Positions 1 to 29,799 of a stretch of 64,000 nt of DNA are shown here, piece after piece. A program made the position numbers and the translations under genes. Position 1 is the first letter of the stretch; each line of letters begins with the position of its first letter. The stretch spans positions 9,165,625-9,229,624 of the forward strand of contig CM082579.2 of assembly GCA_040954595.2 (NCBI GenBank), given 5' to 3'. Source of the DNA: Balanoglossus misakiensis (lineage: Eukaryota > Animalia > Hemichordata). The notes beneath the pieces are model-generated. The model was not told the DNA's origin, ran no database searches, and saw only the letters and a program-made list of their open reading frames with translations.

Positions 1-960
1 TTCGAAATTACCCAAATCTTGTGATCTTTTGACCTTTTTGACCTAAATTCAAAATAAAATTGCAACAAATACATATACAATCGGTAGAGTGCTAAAAAAA
101 CCCACACAATTTGAGAGGTAGATGACTGTTCTGGCTTTATTTTTGCCGGAGTTACAACTACTTAAGTTTCCCCTACCCCAATATCAGGGTCTGAAGTCTT
201 GTGCCATTCTTCTGTATCTCTGTATTTGTGTTTTTCTGATCGTCATTGAATAATAGGTTTTTTTTATTGGTTTGAAATAGATTCTGGGAGAGTATTTTTT
301 CTTCTAAATGACATTTAAAGACTTAAGTTCAAAAAAATCGTTCAAGAAATAGTCATACTACAAATGTTCAGAATGACCCAAATTTCATGACCTTTTGACC
401 TCTATTGACCTCAATTCAAAACGAATTACCACTAAAATATATTATATTGGCAGAGTTCTAAAAAACACACAATTTGAGTGGTAGATGACTGTTCTGGGTT
501 TATTTTTGCCGGAGTTACAAGAACTTAAGTTTCCCCTACCCTTAAATCTGAGTGGAAAATTGGATGTCTTTCTGTCGTTTCTCTTTATTTGTGTTTTTCT
601 GGTCATAAATGAATAATAAGGTTTTCTATTGGTTTGAAATAGATTCTGGGAGAGTATTTTATCTTGTAAATGACATTTGAAGACTTAAGTTCAAAAAAAT
701 CGTTCAAGAAATAGTCATACTACAAATTTTCAGAATGACCCAAATTTCATGACCTTTTGACCTCTACTGACCTCAATTCAAAACGAATTACCACCAAAAT
801 ATATTATATTGGTAGAGTTCTAAAAAACACACAATTTGAGTGGTAAATGACTGTTCTGGCTTTAGTTTTGCTGGAGTTACTGCAATTTAAAGTTCCCCTA
901 CCCCCAAAATTTGGGTCGGAAATTTTTATGTTCTTATATTAGTTTTTGAGGGAAAAAATG
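1..960. repeat. Tandem repeat, ~360-bp unit, about 2.6 copies
   Basis: Motifs such as gaccttttgacct and cacaatttgag..gtagatgactgttctgg recur with a ~360-bp period (e.g. caaatgttcag at 361 and caaattttcag at 723). Confidence 0.9.
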
Positions 961-1087
961 CAGAAAGCTACTCGATAGGCAGGGCTATCACCCCAATTCA
1001 TAATCTAGAGATATAGGCCTTTCCAAAAAACCACATGAGGCTTTGTCCATCTTTCTGATACCAAATTCCTGTCTGGCCCATGGACTA
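1..1087. mobile_element. Right end of a putative non-autonomous DNA transposon (Academ-like CTA terminus) with about 360-bp subterminal tandem repeats, inserted in a DEG/ENaC exon
   Basis: About 2.6 diverged copies of a ~360-bp unit (1-~960). The sequence ends ...CCCATGGACTA at 1087 and switches abruptly to CTACAACAAGATGGC|GTAAGT, which matches the end of exon 2 of DEG/ENaC copy 2 (17255-17275). The left end lies outside the window. Confidence 0.6.
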
Positions 1088-5000
<3,913 letters not shown>

Positions 5001-5806
5001 AAGCACCACCACGTGATGTCATATAGGTTATCATATTGGTACCCGTTGAGTTCAAGTCGCTCTTGGAGTTCTGTTACCTTGGTCCCTTTATTTTCTCACG
5101 GGTCGGATGCAATTCTGTCGGAGAGAGGACATTCTGTCCCATCGGTTCCACGTCGGTCAGCGGCGCAGAGCACCCCAGAGGCATTTGCGTGTTGTGCTAC
5201 TGCATTGGTTCACCTATACTGTGTTGGTGGGTCCGTGTGGAAGGTAGTGGGAACCACGCGTGCGTACACGTGCAGATAAATCAGCAGGAGAAACCGGACT
5301 GCGCATGTCCTGTGAACAGTGTCAGTTCAATGGGGTGTTAAACGTTGCACAAACACAGTGATGTTTCAATTTTTATAAGTCAGAAGTCACATTGATATAT
5401 AGTTAAGATTGTAATTGGAGTCACTTCACGGTTTCTAGTCAATAATGAACTTTTATAGTGATATTTCCAAACATACAACATAGAATTTGATGAAACTTGT
5501 TGCAAATATTGATTTACATGTTACATTTTTTTAGAAGTCCCTCAACTTTAGAGGTGATAGAAATGAAAGAAATAATTCTTCAATATCGACGTTGTCTCGT
5601 GCATGTCATTTCATTACTGTGCTAATAAAGTCAATGTAAGCTTACGGAACTAAAACGGGAAACTTCCAGACTCATTCCCCCTATATTGTTGACAAACAAC
5701 GGCGTTTCACGCTGATGACAACTTTGCGACCAACACGGCTTTGCTAGGGAATCAAAGACTGCATATTCAATGTACTCCTTCGCAACAAATGCCTTCAACT
5801 CACCTG

Positions 5807-5942
<136 letters not shown>

Positions 5943-7484
5943 AGATCATTTATTTATATTTGCTGTACAACTGTTTGACATCTTTATAATTAATTAACTC
6001 AGAAATATGGGCCATGGACTAGACTAGTTTCCGCGAAACTATTTCCATGGTCCACACTGGAAATATGTAAACATCTTCCTTTTACATTCAGTGTATTATA
6101 TATATATATATCGACATATCTCTGGTGAAATAAAATTCATTCATTCATTTCGCATGTACGCTGTATGTAAGTGGGGAGTTATGAACTGGTATTGTGTATT
6201 CTCTTGATCGTATGTTCATTTCACTCAACATATTGGTGGATGAAATGGAGCGAAAAACTGAAAATTTAGTCCGATCCTCAGGTGGGTTGTTACCAAGGTG
6301 CAAAAACTATTGCGTAACAGCACTATGGAACTTTGGCGAACAAACGTCATGGCCGAGCACACAGAGCAATTTCTGTACATGAATTCACCATTTGTGTAAT
6401 TTCCACACATTCACAGACGGGTTGTGTTTGGTTCTGTGCATGCAGGTGCCAGATAAGCATTGAAACTGAGGGACCACTGGGACCACGCATTCCTTACAGA
6501 ATGCCATCTGCGTATTATCTGGCGGGGAAATGTAAGAACGTGTAATTAAGGTACCACACAATGTACTCTCCGCGCCGCGCACAATGATGATGGCAGAGTG
6601 TAAACACCGTTTGTGTACTAGCCCCCGGGGTTTGGTGTAGGACAGTAGCTAGCGCTGTATATGGATGAACTCGCTCTCAGGAGTGTTCCGTAACAAAACA
6701 ACAACAACACAGGACTCCTTGAGCCAATTATTCAAGTAGGTCCATGTAAACACCGATTGCGCTTGCTTTCCAGCGAGGACAATGATGCCCGTGGCGGTAT
6801 TCGGGAAACAGGTGTTCTCACCTGCGCTTGGTACGCTCATCACAAAAATTATTTTTTCACTAAATTGTGCGCGTATAGTCATTTCTGTCGATAATGAAAT
6901 GACGGGAATAATTTAGCTTAATTATATGGGGTTGAGTTTCTGTTGCCATATTAACGTGGTTCGATTTTGATCTCAATGAGAGAATTAACATAATTTTTCG
7001 GTGTATTTCACTTGCCCGGAAATATTATTCAAGACCTACAGCAAAAATGCATTTGGTTCATGCTTCATTACCTCCCGTATTGATTCTTGTATAGCTCTCT
7101 TTTACACCCACTTCCGGATAATGCATTAAGTGCATTCAACGTCTTCTCAATATACTATAGTATCTGCTAGAATTGTTTCTCGCTCTTGAGGCATTCGCTC
7201 CAGTCTTTTATATCAGTTACATTTGTTTGATTTATTTACTACCTGTTGCACAACGAATTGATTGTTTAAAGCGTTTGTTCCCACATAAAGAAGCCCATTC
7301 ATGCTTGATCTGAGTCACCGTTCTCATGTGGTTGGAATGTATTGAATACTTCGGCCGAACAGAAAAATCGGGTCATAAGAATACCGTACCGCACAAGGAA
7401 AAGACTGGTTTTAATCAGATTGCCTTGTACCATATATCCGTCGTTTCCCAGATTGTCGTTTTTAAATCCGCATCCATTCAAGAA

Positions 7485-7487
<3 letters not shown>

Positions 7488-7564
<77 letters not shown>
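7488..7564. repeat. (GA)n microsatellite
   Basis: Direct sequence. Confidence 0.95.
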
Positions 7565-7569
<5 letters not shown>

Positions 7570-8272
7570 TGGCAGGTGCGAAATAATCTGGCATATTGGA
7601 ATATTACATCACATCATACAGGCAGATAATCCAAAAAACAGATGTCGTTGGAGTAATACTGACAGAATGTATCGTTTTAAAACTGTTGCGTAAGAGTTGT
7701 ACTGAACTTTGTAATCAGACTGAGTGTACATTCATAATTCCCCTCAAATAGCTGGAATCTGGTATTTAATCTATTCATTGTTCGAATACATCAATAAGAG
7801 AAACTCGTCGCCGGAAATGGCCTTGCTACAGAAACAAAAGACTCATTTCCATGTGGATGGTGGCAAACACTCGCATTAGTTCTATACTCTAGTTGAAAGT
7901 CGAGCTATGATGAAAGGGCTTTGACATCGTCAGAATCAAACGTCGACCCGCGTGACGTCACGAGAAAGTAAACCTCCTTTAGGGTTGACAAATAGCAGGG
8001 AGGGTAAACCAATCAATTTCAAGACAAACACATTCTCTACTTTGTGATGTAAAAACTATGCATACCAAAAGACCCTTTTTTCAGGGTGACGTCGTAGGTA
8101 CTGGAAGCCGGACAAGAAAAGACATTTTTCAGGGGCGGGTGGTGTATTGTGAAAGGCGCTTAGCCAGCTGACGATCATGCTCACCTTCTTAGCTGGACCT
8201 CCCCGAGAAAGATTATAGGTTCACATTCACTTGTTTCCAGGGCTGTCCGTTGACAAGTATAGCAGGGCGGAG

Positions 8273-21235
<12,963 letters not shown>

Positions 21236-22978
21236 AAGCACCACCACGTGATATTATATAGGTTATCATATAATAGGTAACCGTTGAGGTCGCTCTTTGA
21301 GTTCTGCTACTTTGGTCCCTTTTTTTCTCGGATGCAATTCTGTCGGAGAGAAGACATTCTGTCCCATCGGTTCCACGTCGGTCAGCGGCGCAGAGCACCC
21401 CAGAGGCTTTTGCGTGTTGTGCTACTGCATTGGTTCACCTATACTGTGTTGGATCCGTGTGGAAGGTAGTGGGAACCACGCGTGCGTACATGTGCAAAGA
21501 AATCAGCAGGAGACTGCGCATGTCCTGTGAACAGTGTCAGTTCAATGGGGTATTAAATGTTGCACAAACACAGTAATGTTATAATTTTTATAAGTCAGGA
21601 GTCACTTTGATATAGTTTAGACTATATAACTGGAATCACTTCACGGTTTCTAGTCAATAATGAACGTTTATAGTGATATTTTCAAACATACAACATAGAA
21701 TTTGATGAAACTTGTTGCAAATATTGATTTACAGATATCTGAATGTGCTATGTGACTTTTTAGAAGTCCTTCAACTTTGGAGGTGATAGAAATGAAAGAA
21801 ATAATTCTTCAATATCGACGTTGTCTCGTGCATGTCATTTCATTACTGAGCTAATAAAGTCAATATAAGCTTACGGAATGAAACCAGGAAACTTCCAGGC
21901 GCAGGCCGCAGCCCTCTATATTGTTGACAAACAACGGCGTTTCACGCTGATGACAACTTTGCGACCAATGCGGCTTTGCTAGGGAATCAAAGATTGTATA
22001 TTCAATGTACAAGACGTTTCGCATGTACGCTGTATGTGAGTGGGGCGGTATGAACTGGTATTGTGTATATTCTCATACAACCTGCCTGGCATGTACATGC
22101 ATGTATGTCGTCCAGGTTTTTGTTGGTTTCGACGCTGCGTCGTGTACATGTAAATACTGTCGTTCGTTTGCAATCTGATCTTTTTGCTCGGAGATGATGG
22201 TTTTACGGTGGTTCCCGATTCGGGCTGAGTGATGCACCGGGGCCATATCACCTCGATCGCTCTTGGGGACTTTCTTTTAGTCCCAGGCCATGTCTGTTCC
22301 CTTGTTTATACCCTTGTATCTGCCCAGTTATACATGTATGATGGGTGCGTTGGTCGCCCGTTCACTCGTTTTGTTTGCTCAACCAAAGCGCGATAAAAAA
22401 ACCACGATGAAAGACGTCGTTTTGCTTTCGCTGAAACAAAGTCTTTATTTCCCCGGACACTGAGAGTGAAACTGTCGTTTTGTTTCGTTTTCACCACACT
22501 TTGTTCTATTGTAGTACATGTAGGCCTATGTACATGTGCTTTCGTGGTACCGTTATGTTGGCGTGGCAGGGTCCAAGTTTTCTTTTTGAAGTTCGACGTT
22601 TTATTATAGCTCACTTGATAAATTTTCCGCCCATCTATCATTCAGACGACTTCGCGGAATCAGAATGAGCAGAAACTCCCCCACAAAAGAATTGTTTTCA
22701 GCGTGTCGTTCAACTTTTGACACGCACCTATTCATAACAGGTCACCCTGACGGACGGAACACCTTTGACATGTAAATGATTAAACACCTTTGCCCCCTTC
22801 ATGAGAACACCGGTTGTGTGACGTCACTGCACCACGACCAGTCGGGACATACAGTCATCGTTTGCCAATATTTCAGCCAACACGACACGTCGCATGCCCG
22901 ACGTCTGGCTTTGCCTACAAGTACAACTAAAGCAACTGATTATTGGGACCAATGCGATAAGCGACTCGTTAAGAAATC

Positions 22979-25454
22979 ATGTGTCGTTCGCTTGGTACGA
23001 CAAATGGACATAGAGTTGTAAACATGTTATTTGTAATCACGGTGACCCTCTTCTTTGAAGGTAAGTCTGCACGATGACCTCGGCCGTTATGAGCGCAGGG
23101 TAGAGATAGCTATCTTGTAAACAGGCCGACTACAACCAATATACCAATCAACGTCCCCATTTCATTTTATATTTCCGGCAAATTCTCCAATAGATTTCAA
23201 AACCAATACATCTAATAAGCCTATCAGAGAACGATTATGATTGATTTTGCTATAAACGACAAACGGGGGGAGCCCCAGTTCGCATAACTAGTGCAGTAGT
23301 TTCGGAAAACCAAAACGTCTGACGGAACCTAACATATACTTTATATAGAAATGGTGTATTTGGGTTAGTGTTCATAGAATATTGCCATCTGCGCTCATGA
23401 TTGATCGACTCGATTTTATTTTTAAAGCGATGGTGTGTGTCGTGGTGACGTACCTCGTCGGTAGTATTTTTGGTTTTAGCGTTATTATCATTGTCGGTCT
23501 CATTTAGGGAAGAGCGAATGGTTCCCGTGTTGTCTATCAGACTTAATACATCTCAGGGATCCTATAAGATCTTACTCCTGGACTTCATTCGCTTACAATC
23601 CGACTCTTTGGACTTCCCCTCGGGGGTAAACGACCTGTTGCTTCAGGCACGGGCCTGAAATGATCCGCTCTGCAGCCAGTGGGCGTGCCTCGATCAGAAG
23701 TACGCGGGGGAATTTTGTTTTTTTCTTAAGGTCCTCAGAACTGAGGAGCCATTATTCCGCGCATGCAGGAGTGGTTGTTATCGTACAAGTAGACCGTGTT
23801 ATATATAAGGGGCCATATAAAGCCCGGTCGGTCCTTTTCCATATTGCTCAATGACGTCACTTTGTGAATAGGCTAACATCCGAGATTTTGAGAAACAAGA
23901 GACCCGTCCATACAGGATAAAGTCAGCCGAATTCAAAGACTCGGCCTATTATGAATTATGACTCCTAGCCCTGTCAGAAACCGCTGAAGCGAGATTGTGT
24001 ATACGGAAGAAATATTTTTCGAGATTCTTCCATTCGCTAATCTAAAGAATGAAAGAAAGCATTGTGTCAGTGGTGTTTAATGAAAGCTAGAATTCCGACT
24101 GGCTTGAGGAGAAGTCTAAATAGTGTACTCAATCACCCGCAGTATGTTGCATTGTTGCACGTCACGTGCGTTCCGCTGACATTTGACATGAACAGGGAGT
24201 AAGTATATGTTGTGGGTTTATAATACATTCAAGTCGACATCGGGCACTGAATCATCTGGACAAGACACTTCCATACCGCCATTTTTTAACAATGTTGTTA
24301 AACACGGATTCCTTTTCCGTTGGCGCAGTATATCTAATAAATACATTGCGAAAAAATCCTTGTCGTTTTTTTTATATTGGCAAGAATCAACAAAATTGTC
24401 AGCGCACGAAAAGCTCATGTGGAAAATATGTGAAATTGTCATTTCTTTCTCGATTTTCTCTCCATGCTGACGTCATGTCGTCTGTTCAGCCTTGTCAGGT
24501 CAAAGTGTCCAGTCGCCAGGCCTACTCATCACCGAGTATACCGCCTCCAACCAGAGTTCGTCGGTTCGGTATGTTGATGGAGATATCGGTTCGATATACG
24601 GTAAGCTCAGAGACGATAACTTGGACTCCGTAATACTGACCGAAGACGCGGCATCACGAAAAGTCGGTATAAGCTACGACTTTAGCGAATCTTTGCTTTT
24701 CTGGGCGGACACTTTAGGACAGAGTGTCGTTCGGTACTCGCTTCTCGACGGCAGCGAGAGAACACTTTTCAACGACACTTCCAGTTCCCTAGAAGACCTG
24801 ACTGTTGATTGGTCGGGGAAGAATGTCTATGTGGCTGACTCGGCCAATCGGCGGATAGTCATGTGTAACTACACGGGTAGCTGTCGTCCAATCGTCACCG
24901 AAGTTGAGAGTGTGTCATCGGTTGCCGTAGAACCAGCTATAGGGTAAGGAAAATGTCACTTTTCGCAAAAGTATAGCTGTTTAATTATTGCCTATTTCTT
25001 TTGCCATCTGGTGGGATGCATGTATTGTAGGATAGGTTTTGATACAATATGACAATCACCGCATTTATTTCGCCCTTCTTCTTTGACCTTCTCTAAGTAT
25101 CACTTTAGCTTTTTAAACTTTCCCAACACGAGGTGCATCAAATCCCACGTAGGTTTCCGAGACAATGAAAGTCGGAAGGGATGTCGTTTTTGACTAGACT
25201 TTCTTCAGTCTTTTTAATGAGAATTTGCATATAGTATTGTCATTTATATTCTAGATACTTGTACTGGAGTACAACGGGAGCTTCTCCGAAGATAGAAAGG
25301 GCTGGTCTAGACGGGGAAAACAGGGAAACTATCGTCAGTTCAGATAACACCCCGCATGGAACTATACATTCACCACTGGGTCTGGTCGTTGGATATAGCA
25401 AAAGATTTTACGATGAGCGACCCGTGCAGAGGTGGGTACGAGAATAGTTATTTC

Positions 25455-25506
<52 letters not shown>

Positions 25507-27933
25507 ACTTGATATGTATACTTTTTCACAGACTAACATATACAATGCAACGGAGAAGAAAATATCTCCCAACCCATAATCCTATAGACTTCATATCATA
25601 TTTAATAACGCTCTTCAATCATATCTAATTTCATAGCATTTTCTGGTTGGATCAGTATTACAAGACGTATATGTCGGCTGATCTAGACGGATCAATGACG
25701 CACGTGGACTTCACAGAAGAGGACACTGGGAGCGATGAAACGCTGAATGACCTCGATCTGACCCCGGTAATTATTGTGAAGGGGTTTTTAGTGATGCGTT
25801 TAGTACCTAATTTACACTGATGTAGCGAGTGCAAGGTGGCTTGTTTCTCAAATTGTTTGTCAAATTCACTCTTTTGGCGCCTTATGTTCTACAGAAGTCG
25901 TTCAACCTGAGCGACGGAAATAAATGTCAAACTTACCCGAGGCTTCTCCAGGATTTATTTTGTCTGAACAGTCAATGAAAGTGATTACAAGGGCTCAGAA
26001 AACACAGTGCTTACTTACTTCGCACCATGATGGTGATATATAACCTCTTCATTTGCTCACTTCAAGGATTACTACATTCTCACCGATTTTGGAGATGGAG
26101 AAGTTCGGCTGGTTGACCGAGCACTTCCATCGGTACATCAGAGTATACGTTCCACCGATGGGCAACCTACGTCAGCGGTGTACTTTGACGGCGGAAGACA
26201 AGTTATCACGCCGGGTAAGCCCGTCATTTTTAGGAACACAAACTTTCGTTCGATATCGTTATTGCAAGTGATGGTCGTGTTTTGACTATGTAGGCAAATC
26301 AAAGGCTACTCGTTGACATTTTGTGACTATAGATGAAAAAAGTGACGATTTTGGGGTGTCGTCTGCGCCATTTTGATTTTCCTTCTTGTTCTTACATGTG
26401 CACCATTAGGGGCGCTTGGGTGAACGTAATGCCCCCCCCCCCCGGAAACACTTTCGCATTTCAGTTTGTATAAAATGACGTTTGAATGAAATGTTGATTT
26501 AAATATCAAATATCAGTAAGGTGAGAAAGTGCTGTTCGTATTACTAAAACGTTTCGTACACGTCATCATGCATGGCAGGGAAGGAAACGACAACCACTGA
26601 TGGCGGCATTACAGCTCCAGCTCCACCAGGGGGCGTCACTCCCCGGGTGACTCCGCCCAGAACGCCGCAGCCAACACAAACGGGGGCCACTCGAATGGGA
26701 ACCAGTAAAACCGGTGTCACGTACGCCACCCTCACCCCGGGATCTAGAGAGGGCCCCACCGGGGGAGTCAGCACTCTACAGGGAGGGCTGATCCTGGGAG
26801 CGGTTGTCCTGTTGTTGCTGATTATCTCTGCGATCATCATCGTGTGTCTTTGGCGCAGGTCAGTGTTTTCAAAAGTTTACGCCCAGTTCGAGAGAGATGT
26901 TGATGCAAGATCACATTTTACGTTAATATGTATACACTGGTTGTAAACCATGGAAAGGAGGATGTTCAGGAAAAGTCATTGAGAAAGTAACAGTAATGTT
27001 TTACTCCGACAATGTGTACGTGTGACACTGAAACCTGTATTGTAAAGGGAAAGAATCAAATGCACTAATACAGTTTTCGTAAGATTTATTCGTTTTATTT
27101 ATAATGAAACAGTGTGAAACAAGAACAGTGCCAATGTTTATAACCAATTAAAATGATATTTTTCCTTAATGAGAGCTAGCCATGCGGTGATTCCGAGGAA
27201 CTTCTTGCTCGTATTAACGATTTGCATTTTTCCATCCCTCGTCGTGTACTGTAGGAGAAACAGAGAATCCACGGAAAGACAAGTGCGCGATCATCACCTG
27301 GAGCTTCTCGCCAGGCCGTTGCCGGATGAACCCGTCTACGCTTCCATCAGCGAGCAGAATGAAGACGCTAAGGACGAGAACGGCGCGCTGGCAGCGCCAC
27401 CATCGGACGCCTACCAGCCTCTCCTGGTGTCGAACACCGACGACGCGAGGGCGGCTGTACAGCAGCAAAACGACGAGAGGGTGCCGTCTGGGAGTGAGGC
27501 CGACTACTCGTATCAAAAGATGACGGTCAGCGACGACCAAGGGTCCGACGCTTCGCCACGTCATAGCTACGTCAACGTGGACGACCAATCAGGGGATCGG
27601 GACAACTCTGAGTACACGCCCATGGAAAGTGGACTGGGCGGATTCGGTGAAGTGACAGCAGGGGGCGCCGGTGACGCAGGCGATGATTATTATCAACCTG
27701 ACCCGCCGCTAGAAAGAGAGAAACCGGATGACGCGTACCAGACCCCAGAGGATGACGACGAGGGTGAATGCGGCGACCAGAATCCGGAAAACGGGGACAC
27801 AGAAAAATCAGAACCGGAAGACCCCTCAAGTGTAAAAGCCGAACCATACATAGAAGTCATTCCCGACCCGGACGCAGCGAAGGCAAACACGGAGGACAGC
27901 ATGTCAGACAGCGATTCCATCACGTACTGTTAG
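22979..27933 (+). CDS. Type I membrane protein with one LDL-receptor class B (YWTD) beta-propeller, Thr/Pro stalk, TM helix and tyrosine-rich acidic tail (LRP-like), about 649 aa
   Basis: Exons 22979-23060 (hydrophobic MLFVITVTLFF, likely signal peptide), 24490-24943 (LLFWAD, LTVDWSGKNVYVAD), 25255-25431 (YLYWS...KIERAGLDGENRE), 25637-25766 (IFWLD...SADLDGS), 26067-26214, 26579-26858 (stalk and TM LILGAVVLLLLIISAIIIVCLW), 27255-27933. Total 1950 nt, all in phase. Confidence 0.85.
25455..25506. repeat. (TTAG)n microsatellite, intronic
   Basis: Direct sequence. Confidence 0.9.
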
Positions 27934-28785
27934 CGGAAATGTATTTTGCGTAAGGGAAAGTAAAGAAGATATTGCTAATGATCTTCATGACAACATGTCG
28001 GGCAACACAGAGTACAGTATGGCAATGAACGGTTTGGCAGAGTATGGTGCATGGTGTTGGTCATTGCATTGAAACGAATGAGCCACTTGGACAAAACAAT
28101 AAAAACTCCAACTGCAAGTATAGAGACATTCTCAACAACTGCAATGATCATGACAAGATCAACAGAGTCGTTTGGCTACACCTCGAGTTGTTGCATACGT
28201 TTCCGGACAAGTCAGTTATTTTCGGCTATAATGCGCAGAGAGATGGAGAGAGGGGGCAGCTGAGAGAGAGAGGGGGGGGGGAGAGTGATAGAGATAAAGA
28301 GAGAGTGATAGAGAGAAAAAGAGAGAGAGTGATAGAGAGAAAGAGATACACAACATTGGGGAATTTAGATGTCAATGGTGTACATTAGGGTTAAATGTTT
28401 AACGCGAGAATATGGTGATCTTTGCACTTTGCAAGGCCAATATATGTATCAAGGTCTCTTCTATTCGGTTTTCATGAAATTGGATTATTCACATAACTTC
28501 AAAGTAGAAAATTATCAGTTTAGGTAAGTTTTTAGACAGAGACAGCCAAAAAAAATTAGTACACATTTCGGTGATATTTTCACAATATATCTATCTATAT
28601 TTTTGTACTCGTTTAAAATATATTTTGTTTGAGTTCATGTTTTTAATTGCATGTCGTCCATTAAATATTATGTCTTAGTATATGTTTCCTTGGTGATAAC
28701 TGACGGCACACTACGAAATTGTCCGAAATTCTGTATTTAACGTTCCTGTTCAGCAAGCACTGAAATTACTTGAACGCGTGCAAGG

Positions 28786-29799
28786 TTAGGGTTTAGTTGC
28801 CATGACGACGCCGTAAACGAGTTCAGAGGTGTGAATCTTTACGTCGACAAACCCGTGCTGGGTAAGCAGGTCGCCCAGCTCCGAACCTGACCACTGCTTG
28901 CCTCCGCCGAGCAAGGACATGTGCAGAGAGAACAAGTGGGCCTCGATTTTTGAATTTTCCTTGTGGTCATCGAAGAGGGTTTCCACCAGAACGACAGCGC
29001 CCCCTGGATTAAGAGCGTCGAAGACGCGTTTGAATATTAAATTAACTTTATCCATGGGCCAGTCGTGTATAATGGCGGCTAGTAGGAACATGTCCACCTT
29101 CGGCAGCTCGTCTTGTAGCATGTCCGCGGCCTGTAGAGAAACGTTCTGGCTGCAGTCTGGCGGGCGAAGGTCTTTAGCGGCTTCGATCACTTTGGGCAGG
29201 TCGGTGACTATGATCTTCATTTCCGGGTAGGCGGCCGATAAACGGTAGGCCAGCCCTCCTGACCCTCCACCGAGGTCGCAGACGGTGGCGTATTTGCTGA
29301 AATCGAAAGAGTTCATCAACACGGGAGCGCGCATGTTCTCTATCAGTGCATCCATGCTCTGCAGAAACGCCGTCCGCCTTTGCTGATCGTCTGCAATCTG
29401 ACGAAAACGAGCGCCGGCGTCTTCTTCTTCTTTCAGCAGTTTGCCCTCTTTGACGGCGACGGTCATGTTCCCGAACAGCGCGTAACTCTTCTCGCGCGAC
29501 AGGGCAACCGGCAGTAAACTGGTCGGACTGGAGGAAACCATGTACTTGTTGGCCTTCTCCGTATTCGTGAAAAGGTCTTCCCCGTCTCTTCGCCGCACCG
29601 ACACGTAGCCCATGCTGGCAAGCGAGTACAGCACGTGCCCTAGAGCACCCGCATCAGAATCGACGGCGTTGGCAAGGTCAGTCGCTGAAACGGCATCGTC
29701 CTTGATGTGATCAAAAATGCGCAATTTGCATGCCGTTATAATGGTCTGGGTGATGATATACTTGTGTATGTCGCACCAAACATCGAGAGCCTCCGCCAT
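28786..29799 (-). CDS. ASMT: SAM-dependent O-methyltransferase, ASMT/HIOMT-COMT family (Methyltransf_2 with N-terminal dimerisation domain), 337 aa, single coding exon
   Basis: N-terminal ACKLRIFDHI...SATDLA region, SAM-binding motif VCDLGGGSG, catalytic IIHDW, LNPGG. The likely ATG is at 29799. A splice acceptor at 29818 and a donor at 29944 define a 5'-UTR intron. The symbol is family-level; orthology is not proven. Confidence 0.85.
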   Translation of the reverse strand: MAEALDVWCDIHKYIITQTIITACKLRIFDHIKDDAVSATDLANAVDSDAGALGHVLYSLASMGYVSVRRRDGEDLFTNTEKANKYMVSSSPTSLLPVALSREKSYALFGNMTVAVKEGKLLKEEEDAGARFRQIADDQQRRTAFLQSMDALIENMRAPVLMNSFDFSKYATVCDLGGGSGGLAYRLSAAYPEMKIIVTDLPKVIEAAKDLRPPDCSQNVSLQAADMLQDELPKVDMFLLAAIIHDWPMDKVNLIFKRVFDALNPGGAVVLVETLFDDHKENSKIEAHLFSLHMSLLGGGKQWSGSELGDLLTQHGFVDVKIHTSELVYGVVMATKP

